In this document: positions 1 through 15,146 of the stretch, one piece after another | Layout of the letters: each line of letters begins with the position of its first letter | Position numbering within the stretch: position 1 is the stretch's first letter | Origin: Botryllus schlosseri | Lineage: Eukaryota | DNA length: 64,000 nt | Reading direction: 5' to 3' | Assembly: GCA_051294905.1 (NCBI GenBank) | Contig: CM119371.1 | Location: forward strand, 40,302,001 to 40,366,000 | Made by a program: the position numbers and the translations under genes | The notes under the pieces: model-generated | What the model saw: the letters and a program-made list of their open reading frames with translations, nothing else | What the model was told of the DNA's origin: nothing | Databases searched by the model: none

Positions 1-1017
1 TTGACTTTTTTTGACATATCAGCAATACCGGTTTTGCGTAAATTCCGAACAAAATCCAGAGTGTAAGAGTCTTTAGTGCATCGGAATAGTGTAGTCTTCT
101 ATCTACTTTACAAAATTTATACGATTTTTCTTGCTGCGTTCCGGGATAAAATGTAATTTTTCGCGCTTTTTGTTTATTTTTATTAAAATTAGTATCCATT
201 ATACAAAAACGCCGTGTAAAGGTAAAGTACGAATCTAAGTACAAGTTGAGATTTCAAAGTAAGTAAGTGGTTATGTTCGTAGACTAACCCCACTCCTACG
301 CAACGATTTTTCAGTAAGTAGTTATGTTTCTAGGCTACTTTTACTTCTATTTAACGAGTTTTCATACTAATCTGCTTTCTTTAATAACTTTCATCTTTTT
401 CATCAGTGAGCGAAGGTAATACCGGTGTTAACTCCATGGTCAGATGCGAGATAACAGCGACTCGCAGAGCTCATTTAGATATCTAAGTTACTTTAAAATT
501 AGTACCCGAGTATTTGCTGCAAATATACTGCCAGATAGTTATAGCCAGATGGTTTCGATGGTGACGTACTTGTATAATGCACATTTTGGAGAGAGTAAGT
601 AAAGCAATGATCTCAGATAAATCCATTAAATTAAGGTTGAAGTAACTATTTACGAATAAAAGTTAGTATTCTAGGTCTATATTTCTGTTAATACTGAAAA
701 TGTCATGAAGTTGAAGCAATCTGAAATCATAAACACTTTAGTACTAGGTACATATACGCGAAAAGCTACTTTAGTATTCTGATGGAGTGCAAATACTTGT
801 TTACTTATCAACGTTGAAGGCTTGCGCAGTTTGTGGCGTGATACGCAAAATTAGGGTGTTCCAATCAGAACTGTCGTACACATAGTGATGTCGCATTAGT
901 CCTAAATATAGATGATAGAATATCAAGGAAAAGTATCATCTAACGTATAATGAATGTTATTTCTTTCTCGGAAGCAAGCCATTATCAAAACATAGTGATC
1001 AAAATTATCGCAGAGCT

Positions 1018-1865
1018 GGAAAATGCGTGAGCTGGACTAACTTTTTACGTAGTTCGAAATCGCTACTTCTATAGATTAATTCAAAGTATTTGTCAGTCAT
1101 CGCAGCACAGCTCATATTGCGCACCATCTATTTATATCACGGATAACAAATTACTCCTGCTTTCATCAGAGGATACTTTCCTAGGGTTTGCCTACTAACA
1201 GTACTTAGTTTAGATTAATGAAAAATATAGTGATTGAAAATATATCACTGGATTATAGTTTACAGAAAACTCCACAATTCTATGTGACGTCCTTGCATGA
1301 CAACAGCCTTCGAACTATTCACCACCTCATAAACACTTGAGTAGGCCTACATTTGATACGTGTGGGGAAAACCTAGGTAAATTTTCATATGCATTTAGTT
1401 TCCGGCTCCGAAAGCAAGCTTGGTCTAAGATCAATAGCAAAAATGGAAAATGCGTGATCTCGACTAACTTTTCACGTAGTTCGAAATCGCTATTCTATAC
1501 AATAATTCGAAGTATTTGTCAGTCATCGCAGCACCGGTCATGTTGCGCGCTATCTATTTATTTCACGGATTACGAATTACTTCTGCTTTTATCAGAGGAT
1601 ACTTTCCTATGGTTTGCCTACTAATAGAACTTAGTTTAGATTAATAAAAGTATAGTCATTGAAAATAGATCACTGGATTATAGTTTACAGAAAACACCAC
1701 AATTCTATGGGATATCCTTGCATACCAACAACTTTCGAACTATTCGCCACCTCATAAACACTTGAGTAGGCCTACATTTGATGCATGTGGGGAAAACCTA
1801 CTTAAATTTTCATATGCATTTAGGTTCCGACTCTGAAAGCAAGCTTGGTCTATGATCAGTAGCAA
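1018..1865. repeat. Tandem duplication, ~425-bp unit
   Basis: 1018-1440 aligns with 1444-1865. Also 890-980 recurs at ~3290-3405. Confidence 0.85.
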
Positions 1866-4441
1866 CTTTTGCGTCAAACCCGTTCTATTTCACTTCATAC
1901 CTATACAATGTAGATAGTCTATTCGAATAATTCGATGTATAATTGAACTTTTCCTCTGCATGATCATTAGGGCTTCTATTTTTTTGTTGCAGGGCAACTT
2001 TGTTGTAGCCGAAAGCGTTATTATCTAGCAACAATGTTTAAATGACTCGCTTTGTGGTATTTGATCAACATGGAAATTCGTGCACTTTGCGTTTTGGTCA
2101 TGTTGAAAACATTAGTTACTTAACAACATTTCAACTCATAGGTGTGGATAATTTAAAATTCAGAGTGTTAAAGTCATTAAGAGATATTACCATCTTTAAA
2201 TCATGGCTATCTCATTGAAGTTGACTGAATTTACGGCTTCAGCACGCGTTAATTAGTTCCTGTCGTTATAACGCTGGGGTTCGCGTATATGCAGATAAAG
2301 TGTTTGTATAATTACAGCCCTGAGAATCGCGCGCCTGCGGCTATAGTTCGTTCGATTATTTTCGCCTTGGGATTCGCGTATATGCTACTAAGCTCAGTAA
2401 GCTGTTTCGACTTCCGAACGAGCACAAGCGACTGATTTGTTTCCATAGCTCCGAACTTGAGAATCGCTTACCTGCGTCTAATCAAAATAAGTCGTAAATG
2501 TGGAGACCGCAGAAACCGTAACTTGTACACATAAATCAAGTTTAAAAATATGGACGGATGAGTTATCTGCGACCAATAGAGTAATATAACCCCCTATAGT
2601 TTAGCGGGGTATTGCTAAAATGTATACCCAAACAATCGTTGCAGAATCTGAATGTTACCAAGCTCCTTATCACATAAAATCATTCATCAGAAGCGTAGGG
2701 ATTAATATTTTCAAGTCGCAGCGCTCAAAATCGCACTGCATTAACATGTTGCATTCGCAGAATTCCGTGCGATATCGCAGTCTTCGTGAACATACATACT
2801 CTGACAACATCAAAATCATCACAAAGCAATATCGAATTTTGCGTGAAATCTGTTATGCGTTTTACTACGATAGTATGCGCACCTGCTTACAGGTGTCCAC
2901 CTGGAATTGTACTTATGTCACATAGAACTCGGACACTATCGATGAAATTCACATATAATCAAGCGAAAATATATAGTCCTAAATACACATAATAGGATAT
3001 CTAGCGAATATATTCTTGCATAGACATCATAGTTTTCGAGGAAAGTCACAAACAGCTTAGTATGTCAAGTTTACGCATTACTCAGTTCAAATCCAACAAA
3101 GGCCACTTCGACATGTTGATGATTATTATCTGATTGTGACGTTAACGCTATTACTGATATATTATGCTCTTGTTTCGAAATAAATGAACATAAATTAATT
3201 GTTGATCCGCGAAAATACAAAGTTCTAAATTCACATAAGAATAAGCGAGAATTCATATTCCTAAAATAGCTCAGTACGCGTTTTCGAAGTAGTCGCATTA
3301 GTCCTAAATACACATATTAGAATATTAGTCCTAAATACATATAATAGAATATCTAAGGAAAGTATCATCTAACGTATAATGAATGTTATTTATTTCTCGG
3401 AAGCATGGATCGGGCATAGTCCAACGTTAATTATATTATGAGAGTGTTTACATTCTAAATAGCCCGAGGGGCGGGGCGCCAAACGATTCAATCCTCACTA
3501 CTGTCGTTGGCGGATCGACACTGTTAAATATTTACTATGTGACAACTTCAAACTTTGTAGAGTCAAATTTACGGCGATTCAGAATATAAAACGGCGAAGT
3601 GCAAGCTGCGATTTCCGGATGAAATGTTTCAGAATTATTTAACTGCTAAACCGAGCATCACTGTTTGTCCTGGCGGGGTGGTTGCCTTCACAACTCCCTT
3701 AATTATTCAAATATTAAAACCGATTAATCCGCAGCCTTTGAAGTCTCTTCGATATCATTAGGGATGGGAAAACCATCACCGAAAATCAAACGGAATATCA
3801 TATTGGTAATAATAAGTTTTTCTGTAGATCGTATAAGATCTTCCGCAGATTTCAATTTCTCGGTGTATTCACGCACATTTCTGATTCCAGTATAGAGTTG
3901 GGTAACAGAATCGATATGGCGAGATCTACTCAATGTCACCGGTGCTTGCAATCTTGCTCAGTATGCCAAGAAGGCGGTGGAATATCATAGAGAAAAGTAG
4001 TTTGCCTAACAGTAGCAAAGTATAAAATTTTAAGACATTGTCTGTAAATTAGTTGCTATTAACCCGAGTGTGTCCGAATCTTGGACATTAAATAGACATA
4101 TGTACCTATCAAACAAGATTTCATCTCATTGCTATGACATGCCAGTACAGCAGGGTGGACTAGTTTCGCACTATACAGCTCACCTGTAGCATTTAAAGGA
4201 AAACCGAAATGAGATTAGAATTAAAATAACGATCGCAACAATGTACGAAACATAAGTGCACACACCAAATACTTACTTTTCACAGAAATGTCGCAGAGGT
4301 TAGAAATCGCGAGGCTGGATTTTTGTGTGGATAGCGGGATTTTCCTACAAACATTCAGTGGCGTAGCAGGCACTTGGCGGTTCTGGCTCTACGCCAGGAG
4401 CGGCAGGCTCCAAGGGGGCGGCAAAATGAGGCTACACAGTG

Positions 4442-4757
4442 TACACAGCCGGCTAAAAGCAGCGTAATTGGTAGTCCTATAGCTGGCATCCCGTGAGCTA
4501 AAATTTAATCAAACTGGTCTCAATCAAAAGCTAGTGTCGCGCTGATTCCGAAAACACGAATTAATATCTTAATATGGCAATAGAACCACTCCAAAATAGC
4601 CGTCAAGGCCGATTGTTCCTAACAATTGGAGCGCCGGAATCAGGTCAACAATAGCTTTCGATTAAGATCAGTATTGTTAAATTTGAGCGCTCGGAGGGCC
4701 TGGCCAACTATATGATGACCATGACCAATTACGCTGCTATTAGCTGGCTCAGCTGTA
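4442..4757. mobile_element. MITE nested in the hAT element
   Basis: Long imperfect inverted repeats (GCAGCGTAATTGG / CCAATTACGCTGC). Confidence 0.65.
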
Positions 4758-4978
4758 GGCCTGTCTGGGTATTCAAGTGTGACAACTAAACTTGAAGCTC
4801 AAACTAGGTTTACCGGCATAGCCTTCACCACTTAATGATGTTTGGATTTTTTAATCCCCACGCGCTGCTGCAAAGCGAAAGTCACAATTTATTCACCAGC
4901 GCTTTTAATAGCATCCTATGACGACGAGGTGAACTTTTTGGAGTTAGCTGTGGAAATTGACGGATTTTAGAGGCTGGT

Positions 4979-5276
4979 ATGGAGCAGTGGTTAGTTAATG
5001 CAAAGCTGCTTGATTCGACACCATATTTATGCTCGTGCCTGAAACTTTATCTGACCATTGGTGTTTCAATTGCAAGCTGCGAGAGGAGCTTCTCAAAGTT
5101 CAGACTGATTAAGTCTTATTTACGTTCTACCATGAATGATGATCGGCTATCAGCTCTATCCATTCTGTCTGCAGAAAGTGACTTTATACGTTCAAAATAG
5201 AATTGAAGATAACCTTGAATTCGAGGTTATTATCGCTGATTTTGCTTCAGTGAAAGCACGAAAAGTTAAGCTTTGA
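4979..5276 (+). pseudogene. hAT transposase C-terminal dimerization domain remnant
   Basis: LTIGVSIASCERSFSK..LIKSYLRSTM...RLSALSILS, then IIADFASVKARK after a disruption. Confidence 0.85.
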
Positions 5277-7967
5277 GGCGGCCATTGATTTCTATTTGCA
5301 CAATACATTCGTTCGCTATTTCTTGTCTGTCTTATTTTTGGCCTTATTAACGTTGAGACGGTGAGGCTGAGATGCGGCATATTATTTGTAATTATTTGTA
5401 TTGACAAGATTGCTTGAAAATCAATAGATGATATGTCGAAATTTGCTACTGTCTACTTAGGGAGGGGGCGGCATTTAAGCGAGAGCCAGGGGCGGCAGCA
5501 CATGCTGCTACGCCAGTACAAACATTGAGAATTATTATGCGTTTTCCGATATAGAATTGTAGAGATAAGCGTCACCATCACCGCTACCATTTCTTATGAC
5601 ATGATTGAACTTCCAACTATGCTAAAAAGTCTGCATACAGCACCGCTCTAACCGCGATTGTGACTCTGGACCTATTTATCAACTCCTGGTGGCTAAGCTC
5701 CGGCATACTGACAATTTAATGTACAGACCCTGCGCAGTGTGCGCCATCATGGAAATGAAAGATCGGTAGCTGTCACGCAACAAATATTCGTTCTATGTAT
5801 TCCGACATCAAAATATAATTTGCTAATCATTGGTGAAATATTGAGCAGTACTACTTTCTTGAAAGTTAAAAATTGTCCGGCTTCTTACTGAAATGACTTT
5901 GATAACTGACTAGCCGTGACTTAATCTTCTGATTACTAGCAATCGTATTCGCTGCTGTATAGTGATAATTTGTAAAGGCGCAACAAGAAACATGCTCTGT
6001 AGTAATTGGTTTAACGCAATCAGCAATATAATAGTCGAGTAGTTCATCGGTCGCCTTTTCTATCGCTAGCGGACCGTTATTTATTTACAATTAGCAAACA
6101 TTCCGTACTCCAAACTCCAATAAACCAGAGGAGAGCGACCGAGCATTGATCTCGTATGGACTGCGATATGATACATAATGCTGACCTCCCGTTCTTTTTG
6201 CAAAATATCATCAACGAGTCGACCATTCGAAACTCTATCAACGAGTCGACCATTCTAAATTCTAAAACCCATATTTAAGTATACGTTCCGAACACTTATT
6301 GAACTTCATTTGCAAAACAATCTATTTCGTTCAGTTGATGAAAAATTGGCGATGAATTGCCAAGAATTACGCGTCAACTTTTAAGTCATAAAAGGAGCTC
6401 AGCCGTAAGAATATATAATTGACATTAAGTGATATATGGTTTGTTTGTTGCAGTTGACATTCCAAGATACCATGCGCTTGCACTGTGTACATTGCGTCGC
6501 TATAACTTAACTTGGCGAGTCTGCACTCTTGCAGCGTCTTATGCCAAGTCATTTGGAATTCCTAACGCGCAATATCGAATTCTTACTCAAATTATTACGG
6601 TTTTAAAATGTTTCAGCTCATGTCAAATCTGGTTGGAGTGGAAAAGTTCGTGCGACTATCCTTTGTTCGGCAAGCGATTATTTCATATTGCTAATAATCA
6701 TGAGTTTCTCAGTACTATTCCTGTGTCTGCTTACTTGTCCTCATAAGCTCGCTATGTCCTCTCAAAGTTGCCTCACCAGACGATTAAGATTTGCTTCCGA
6801 TGAGCGTAAGTAGAGACATTTGGGTATATAATAGATTGGGAACAATAAATGTATTTTGCTGCACCGAGAAAACAAGAAAAATAAAACGTTCGAGCAGCAG
6901 AAAAATTGATTTAAATACCTCCGTGTGCCAAAGCGATGATCGTGTAATGATACTGTGTTAGCAAGAAATGTATCGTGAAATGTATCCGAAAATTACTTGC
7001 TGATAGAAATACGGGCACGTTGGTATACACATTGCATATTGGGAACTAATCGTGCGTCAGAGACGTCACAAATGAATTATCTCAGAACAGCGAAAACAAG
7101 ATAAACTAAATACCTTCATATAACGACACAACCTCCGGTGAAGCAAACAAGTATGCCAGTTTCGAAAATGGTAAGATATATATAACGAAGCGCGCGTTCC
7201 ATTGTACATCATTCCGGTGTATACAAATCACCCAATACCAGGTGAATGCCTTTTCGAAAAATCTAATCAGAGTAGTTGCGTTATATTGCATGACAAATCT
7301 GTTTGTATGGCGCGTTCACACAGAATACGTGGTAATATAACGCAACTACTCTGATTAGCTTTTTCGAAAAGGTTATAGGTATAATATATAGTAGTTATAA
7401 TCTGTAGTAGACTATTAGTCCTGTAGAATTTGGTCTAAAAATGGGTCAACCTAGAAAAAATTCTTATAAAGGCTTAATATATACTGTTGGAAAGATAATT
7501 TTATCAGTTTTTCAATGGTATGTTATGTCATTTGTTTACCTCGGGGAAAAAGTTATGACTAAAAACGTGCCAAGGGGTAAAAATTATAATTAGGGAAAAA
7601 ATTTAACATAAAAATATGAACGAAAGGCCATAAACTAATGAATTATCAACAGAAAAGCAGGATGTGGATGCGAAAGGTATAATTAAAAATAGAATTATAT
7701 ATTTGTTTTAGGCAGTAAGAGTGAGCAAGACGTAAAGGGGGGAGGGAGGGGGCGTCAGCAGAGCTGTCGTTGTTCATTATAACTTCATTATGCTACTGTT
7801 TACTTACTATGGTCAGTTTCATTTACTTTGCTTGTTTTTTCTGAGATAATGCTTAGTCAAAAAAAAACAGCAATATGTGTTAAGTGTAGAAAAGGCTATC
7901 GCACTGGTGATTCACTGTGTCATGTTGAAGCTTATTTCTGCGAGAGTGATAGTAACCCTTTGGACTA

Positions 7968-8406
7968 TAGGGTTGCATTTAAAACCAAAATCAATTAAAA
8001 ACGAACATGTTTAAACAAGGCCCTAATTTAAGACATGTTTTTTATTGTTTTTTAAGACATGGCGTCATGAATATTCAATTTGGACGTCATAATGGATTCA
8101 TATTGACAATTGAAAATATAGGGTAAATATAGCTCCTTTGACGAAATATCTGTACTATAACTGCTGAACCGACTATTTTGAGGATTCCAACCATCCCATA
8201 TCGATATACGTCGGCTAAATCGGGTGGTAGGTCTCATTGTCCATGGGTTCATACAACATGTTTTGGAAAGTATTTACACAATTATGGCATAATTTTGCAA
8301 CTTAAAAAAACACGATTTTTTTACAAGGCTTCTGTTCAAAACATTGTTTAAAACATGTTCTGAACAAAGTGTTTTAAAACACCGTTTGTTTTAAATATAA
8401 CCATTA
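7968..8406. mobile_element. MITE-like element
   Basis: Imperfect inverted ends GGTTGCATTTAAAAC / GTTTTAAATATAACC. Confidence 0.4.
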
Positions 8407-10375
8407 GGGCTGTTCAAAAATAAGTTTTTGTTCTGGATTCCAGCCATTCAGTCATTAAATTGTCAGGTAACCCTAATAAACGCTGCACACCAAATTTGGT
8501 TCAATTCTAACAAGTATAGGGCTCCGCAGATCATCTTAATTTTTTTAATTTAAACAGGAAAATTAAAAAAAAAAATTTTTTATGTCAACCCCATGAAATT
8601 GTTGAGCTGTCTTCAGAGACGATGCAAAATAAATTTGACTCAATTCAAACTAGTAGAAGCGGAGTTATTGGAGTTTTTCGTTGTTATTTCTCGGATTATC
8701 CACCAATCAAGGTAGTAAAATATTACGGCAAATCAGAAACCGCCAAAAATGTAAAGCTTTTTGCATTTAGAACTGGCGTTTATTATTGCAATACACAAAC
8801 AAAAAGCTTTGATACCATTTGAAAGCATCGCTAAAAAGTAACCAATGCTCATCTATGGCTATGTTCCAGCATGGTATTTAGTGTGGGCCACAGAATATCT
8901 TATGTCGAGATGGATAGACTGTCCCAGAACCGATGCATATTTATTTCTATTGTGAAGTAACAAGCACTTGAGGTTTCGTAATGAGCTGTTAATAAGCAGT
9001 CTGCATTCATCTGGTTATCTATAATGGACGATGCAAAATAAGCCCTTTTATATTGTGGCAATAAACCAAAGGAAAAACAGTTCAGAAACAGCTTTCATAT
9101 CATTAAATTATATGGCTGAACTTGAATACTAAGCCGAACCACGCCCTTTCATCATAAATTGTACGTATCAAACTTGAATAACAAGAACAGGCTTGATTCA
9201 AATAAAAATCCAATAATTTCACAAGTTAATTGACGAACGTGCTTAAGTGGATAATAATTATTTGCCAAAATGCACTTCCGATTGCAATAGTGCAAAATGT
9301 ATTACAATATCAATATTTAAAATTCATTTCTTTAACTGAATATTGTTCTAAAAGACAAACGCTATTTTTAATACTTGAAGGAAGTCTGATAACTGATCAT
9401 GACGAAACGTGACTTACAAAGGGGCTTTGTTCAATAATACCCATGTTTTACACATATTAACTATATCTTGATTTTCAGGTGTTTTAAAGGCAAGTGAACG
9501 TGGTTCATAATATGGAGTGTCAAATTTTGAAAATTGAAATTATTTGAACCGATTTTATTCCGTTTCAAACAGTCGTGGAACATTCACAGAGCCGTAACTC
9601 TGGTCTTGAGCATGGTGTTATAATAGCGAGTGATGATATCGCTTACTAGGTTGGCATATTCTCCTTATTTAATAAGTCGAAAAATATCTTATTGGTATTG
9701 ACGTTAATTTGGATGAGTTGAAACTCTAAATTGTGAAATTTGAAAATTGAATTGATGGATGGCACGAGCTTGATACCGCTACACTATATACTTCCCCCAT
9801 CCAAACGAATACAACGTAATTGTCTAATAAAGGGGACATCGACCTTTACTTCGTCATACTGAGTAGAGTGCAAACAAATGCTGTGTTTTCAAACTGGAAC
9901 GTTACATTTGGTGTTCGACCACGAAACAATTAAATCGGGATTTGTTTATCTTGTAAGCAATTGACCAACGCCATTTCGTGACAGGTACCACCATTTACAG
10001 ACTAATAGGTTCAAATTATTGTCGAATTTGACAGTTGATATCTCAATTTCACAATAAAAAGTGGGTAAAAGAATAGGACATTATACCTATGGCTATCCTC
10101 TCGGTAAATTATTTGTATGTTTCGGAGTCATTTCAGGATTGGATATAGAAGGCAAGCAGACACACTTACGAACTGTGCGGATCACATACGTAGTAGTCGC
10201 CGCGCGGATCGGATATTTGGTAGCGTTTTACACCAAGATCTTGGCGAACCGTCATCATGTTCGGTAACAATCATAGTAGCTTTACCATTGAAAGATGAAT
10301 CTGAATCTTCGGGATACACGGTAATCTCAACAATCAAAATGATTGAATTTTAAAACCCCATCACTAGCTGTATGC

Positions 10376-13300
10376 CAGACATGGGGTAGTCGCGATTAGT
10401 AATCGTAATCGATTACGACGATTACAGCATTTCCAAGTAATCGTAATCGCAATCGATTACATTCGAAAAAAATCCGAAGTAATCATAATCGTAATCGACT
10501 ATTTGACATATCTAATCGATTTCTTTGTGAAAGAACGATTACTTGTCAGTTCTGCAAGGACGATGGCATAAACTGAACAGTGAACCCTCGTGAACAACAA
10601 AGAGTGCTATTTATAGCAGGCTATTGATACCAGAGACGTCTCGGATTTTCAAACGCGTCCTTATTGCGTCACAACTCACAAGTATATTAGCTTGGTTCGT
10701 CATTGCGTAACAAATTATCCGCACGTAGTAAATAGATGTTCGTTTTACATTGTACATGTAGCACTGTGATTGCAAGAACACCCGCTATATCAATACACTC
10801 CAGAGTCCAGTCGCCTCTGCATCGCTGGATCATAATCACCACTCTGCCTATGGTTTCAAATAGTAACGTATGTATGTGTATGTGCTTAGTTAAACGCACT
10901 TTGACCGTTGCTGCTTGGCAAGCAATAGGCCTGAAGATTTGAAATTTTGTACTCGGCAAATTTAACATTGCCGATTTCTACGTCAAAACATTAAAACCCA
11001 ATGGCTGCTGATAAAAAATCACAACCGAGCCGTTATTTGCCGTTACTTGTATAAAGGCAGCTCGTAACATCTGTATTAAGTAGGTTCTGGGCAGAATTTT
11101 ATGTTTATTTTATCTTATTGTCATACATCACCATTGGAAACGGGCACCAATTGCTATTTCGCAATTCCATAGTCATTATTCAGATCTGCCACCATAGCCA
11201 TCCGCTTGCACACCATGTTAGTGTGGGTTGTAGCCAGCATCGTAACTGCCGCACCCCAAACCCCCCAATTGGGTGGGGCCCGAGCTCGATGGGTGCCCAA
11301 AATTATTTCGTGAATTAGCATAAATCATAGAGTATTTTTTGAAAATTTATACAATTTTTCAAAATTTTTTCGCGCTGCGCACGAATTCACGTAGTCGTTT
11401 ATCTTTCCTGTTGGGTATTGGGCCATTACCGCGCCACGACCCACCAAGACATACAATCAAGTTTTAGGCCATATAACATGCGACTCCAAGAAGTGTGCCA
11501 GAACGATTGGCAGCGAGAAAAGCTTGGCCGAAAAGGTCTATGCCCTTATGCAGATCAAAGACTTCGCTATATATACAAAATACATATAGGTTAAATTGTC
11601 CATAGGCGCCTAAATGACTGGCGCCGAATGTTCCTGTCTTTGCAATCTGAACCTCACAAGACAAATACCATCCCGCTGGGAAAAATTTTATGCCAGTGCA
11701 GAAATACCAATTTTAAATCGTGTGCTTCTCTTAGTTTAGAAGCCTACGTTTGGGCGGTTCTATATTTTTTGATATAGCAGACTTGAAGTCACGAAATAAC
11801 ATCATGTAACGAAGTCATATCAACGGTTCCGCCCGCCCGAAGATGTTTAATCATTATTTACGGACCCTCCCGTTTTCAAGACACTTCACTCAGCTGTACC
11901 GGTAAATCTAATTACGTGAGTAGAGAGGACAATAAATTGATAGCATATTATATATGCAGTCGCCGATCTGATTTACCGATTTTATCATAAATTATCGAAA
12001 ATTTTCGCGCTTAGCGCTGGTTCTCAATACCGTACGGGTAATTTCGTGACAAACGCGAACAACGTGATGGAGGGGGGTCGTTTTATCACCCTATGGGAGC
12101 CCAACACCCACGTTTTGGGGGCCTGACGAGGTGCTGTTTCGTTCCTGCCAACGGGTATACGCCCGAAGATGTTAAATTATTATTGAGTGGTCCTACCTTT
12201 TCAAACACACCTCACTCAGCTCTACCGGCAAATCTGATAACGTGAGTAGAGAGGACAATATATTGATAGCATATTATATATGCAGTCGCCGATCTGATTG
12301 ACCGATTTTATCATAAATTATCGAAAATTTTCGCGCTTCGCGCTTCGCGCTGGCTCACTATACAGTACGGGTAATTTCGTGACAAACGCGAACAACGTGA
12401 TGGAGGGAATCGTTTTATCACCCTATGGAAGCCCAAGACCCACGATTTTGGGGGCCTGACGAGATGCTGTTTTGTTCCTGCCAACGGGTATACGCCCGAA
12501 GAGGTTTAATTATTATTGAGTGGTCCTACCTTTTTTAACACACCTCACTCAGCTCTACCGGCAAATCTGATTACGTGAGCAGAGAGAAGATAAAAATTGA
12601 TAACAATGTATGCAATTCCCGATCATACTGACCGATGAAATCATGAATTCTAGAAATTTTGCGCGCTTCGCGTGCTTAGGCGACAAAAGCTGACTCACTA
12701 AAGAAACTCCCAATGAATATGATGAATAGTGGTAAACAGTGTATCGCCGGAGGGGGGTCTGGGGGGCTTCGCCCCCCAGACATTCGATCTATTACACTAT
12801 GGGGGGCCCAAGACCAAAGTTTGGGGGGGGCCAAAACAGCATTTCGCCGCCTCAGAATGGGTGTCTTGGGCCCCCTCGGGTGATCAATAAAACTTCTGGC
12901 GCGCGATGCCCCCACCATCCCCTTTTTACAGCCGCGATTTTCGCCGCAACTGGAAGAAACGTTTTGATACGATATGGGTTCGCTGCATATCTGATGTCAA
13001 GTCGAGCCGGGTGCGAAAATTAGGGGCACGCAATTTATAACTATAACATCTTCAAGCGGGCCCGTTGTTGTTATTACTTTTGTATGATGTTAATTCGTAC
13101 TATATGTAGTCAAAATATATTGGTGTCGCTCAGACGTAGCAGACTATAAGAAAAATAAACGAAAAAATTTCGTGAGACCCACCCAGAAATGGTTATTTCT
13201 GCACGACGCGCCTTATTTTTCTCAGTGGGTGTCCCTGGTGGCATTTGTATCGTGGGGCTCAGATTGAGAAGACAGGACTATTCATCGCGTTCATCCAGCG

Positions 13301-13673
13301 CGTCTATGGACAATCGACAAATACACAACGTTTCGTCTAAGGTCTTCATTTGGTTGCATGTCTTGATGTGTCGCGGAGTAGTATCGACCTGCCTCGAAAC
13401 TCCTGTTTCTATAAATCATGCAATGAGCACTTATGATATAGACAACAAATGACATCTCGTGTAAAAAAAGATCTTCGCTCACGAGACTTTTTCATCGCAA
13501 TCGTTATAATTGTCTTCAAAAGATAAGTTCAAAGTAGCAATCTAGCAAAATAAATATAATCATGAGTAATCGACTACTTGGTGATTTTACTGTATTCGTA
13601 ATCGTAATCGCGGTATTTATAAGTAATCGTAATCGCAATCGATTACATTCATGAAGTAATCACCCCACGTCTG
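10376..13673. mobile_element. hAT-type non-autonomous element with GTAATC sub-repeats
   Basis: CAGACATGGGG / CCCCACGTCTG ends, GTAATCGTAATCG arrays at both ends, near-TSD GCTGTAT. Confidence 0.65.
11830..12670. repeat. ~330-bp tandem repeat, about 2.5 copies
   Basis: CGCCCGAAGA.GTT at 11835, 12160 and 12493 with colinear downstream sequence. Confidence 0.85.
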
Positions 13674-15146
13674 GCTGTATCACGGTGACGTCAAAGTCGT
13701 AATGCCGTTTTTGTATATAAAAGAATATTCGAGAAAGTTTATGTAGTTCAAGAAGACGTATATTTATACCGTATCTTTGACGACTTCCATTCATTTACAT
13801 GGTACATGCGACACCTGGAAATATATCACCTGTGGCTGCTCGATTGGGCTTTACAAAAATAACTTTTTTTTCCGGACTCCGCGGATTTGTTAAGTTGTAT
13901 ACAAAACGACGCAAAAGAAATTTGACGCAATTCCTGCCCGTAGAAGCGAAGGTATTTTAGTTCTCTTCAATAATTCCGGCATTTCCCACCATCGATGCTA
14001 TGTTTGGGAATCCAAAACTTTCAATTGCAGTAATATCGCTTGTACCGGTTGGAAGTTAGCAAAAATGATTTTTAGTTATACATCTTTCTCTTTTGCAGCC
14101 AAATATTTCATGGGGTTGACAGTAAAATTTGAAGACAATTTTTTTTAAATAAAATTAAAACCGTAAATTGTCTCTGCTGAGGCATCGCATTCGGCTGGTT
14201 TTGTTTTGGTTTTATGCATTCATTTTTGAACAACCCTACTGTACAATGTACCATACGCTCCTAGCTAATACCAAGCAGATTGTGGTTAACAATGGGCATT
14301 CGGATATACATTTGAATTTCATACGGTAAAGTGCGAATGGCAAGACTAGTTTCGGCGGTAAAGTTGACGCGCACAACTCGGGGAGCCAAAGTAAATGCTA
14401 CCAAACAATGTAAAGAATTTTAGTAGAAGTGAGTAAAATATGCACACGACTATGGAACAGCCGAGGATTTTGGTAAGTTAAAGTCTCTAAAATACTCAGG
14501 GTTGAGTTAAACTGTTCGCTTACTGGTCCGTATAGTTATAAAAGTCTAATTCCGACTTCCTCTCGATAGGTATCGTACACAAATATCTGTTTACCTCAAA
14601 CCGACACATTTAGGAAGGTAACTTTAATCATGAGTCAATAAAACTAGCGAGACTTTTTACAGCCACAAAGTTATTACGAACCGATGGATGTTCCAGTAAC
14701 TTCGAATAAATTAGTTGATTCAGTCACCAATTATGTAATGAGTGGTACAGCATCATTTACCATAGAGTGACATTTATTGCTGTTTGCCAACGATCAAGCG
14801 TGTACATATTATTAATGAGGAAGTGTTTTTTTCTTTGTAGTCTCATAGAAGGTACATATTTGAACCTACCTCATCACCAATACTATTCGAGACTGACCGG
14901 TCGCGTATGATTTTGGTAAGTATATTATATCAAGATATGATATTTATTTGGTCACTAAGCTATTTAGTATTTTAGGTTCCCGCTATAACACAATGAGAAG
15001 GTGACGATTGCCTGTTCAAAAACTGCACGTAGGAACGATCGATATTGTGGTGTTAAAGGTAGTTGCACGCAGTGAAACCCAACTTTTTGTTTGAGCACCA
15101 TTTAGCTCAGCCGACTCTAAGTCTAAATCGATGTTTCACCCTAACT

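Larger units (their letters stand above)
4356..5518 (+). mobile_element. Internally deleted hAT transposon
   Basis: TIR CAGTGGCGTAGCA / TGCTACGCCAGTA, 8-bp TSD CAAACATT, dimerization-domain remnant. Confidence 0.88.
8406..14237. mobile_element. Old non-autonomous DNA transposon (Harbinger-like ends) carrying nested insertions
   Basis: AGGGCTGTTCAAAA / TTTTGAACAACCCT ends, plus subterminal inverted GTCAACCCCATGAAAT (~8584) / ATTTCATGGGGTTGAC (~14105). Confidence 0.55.
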
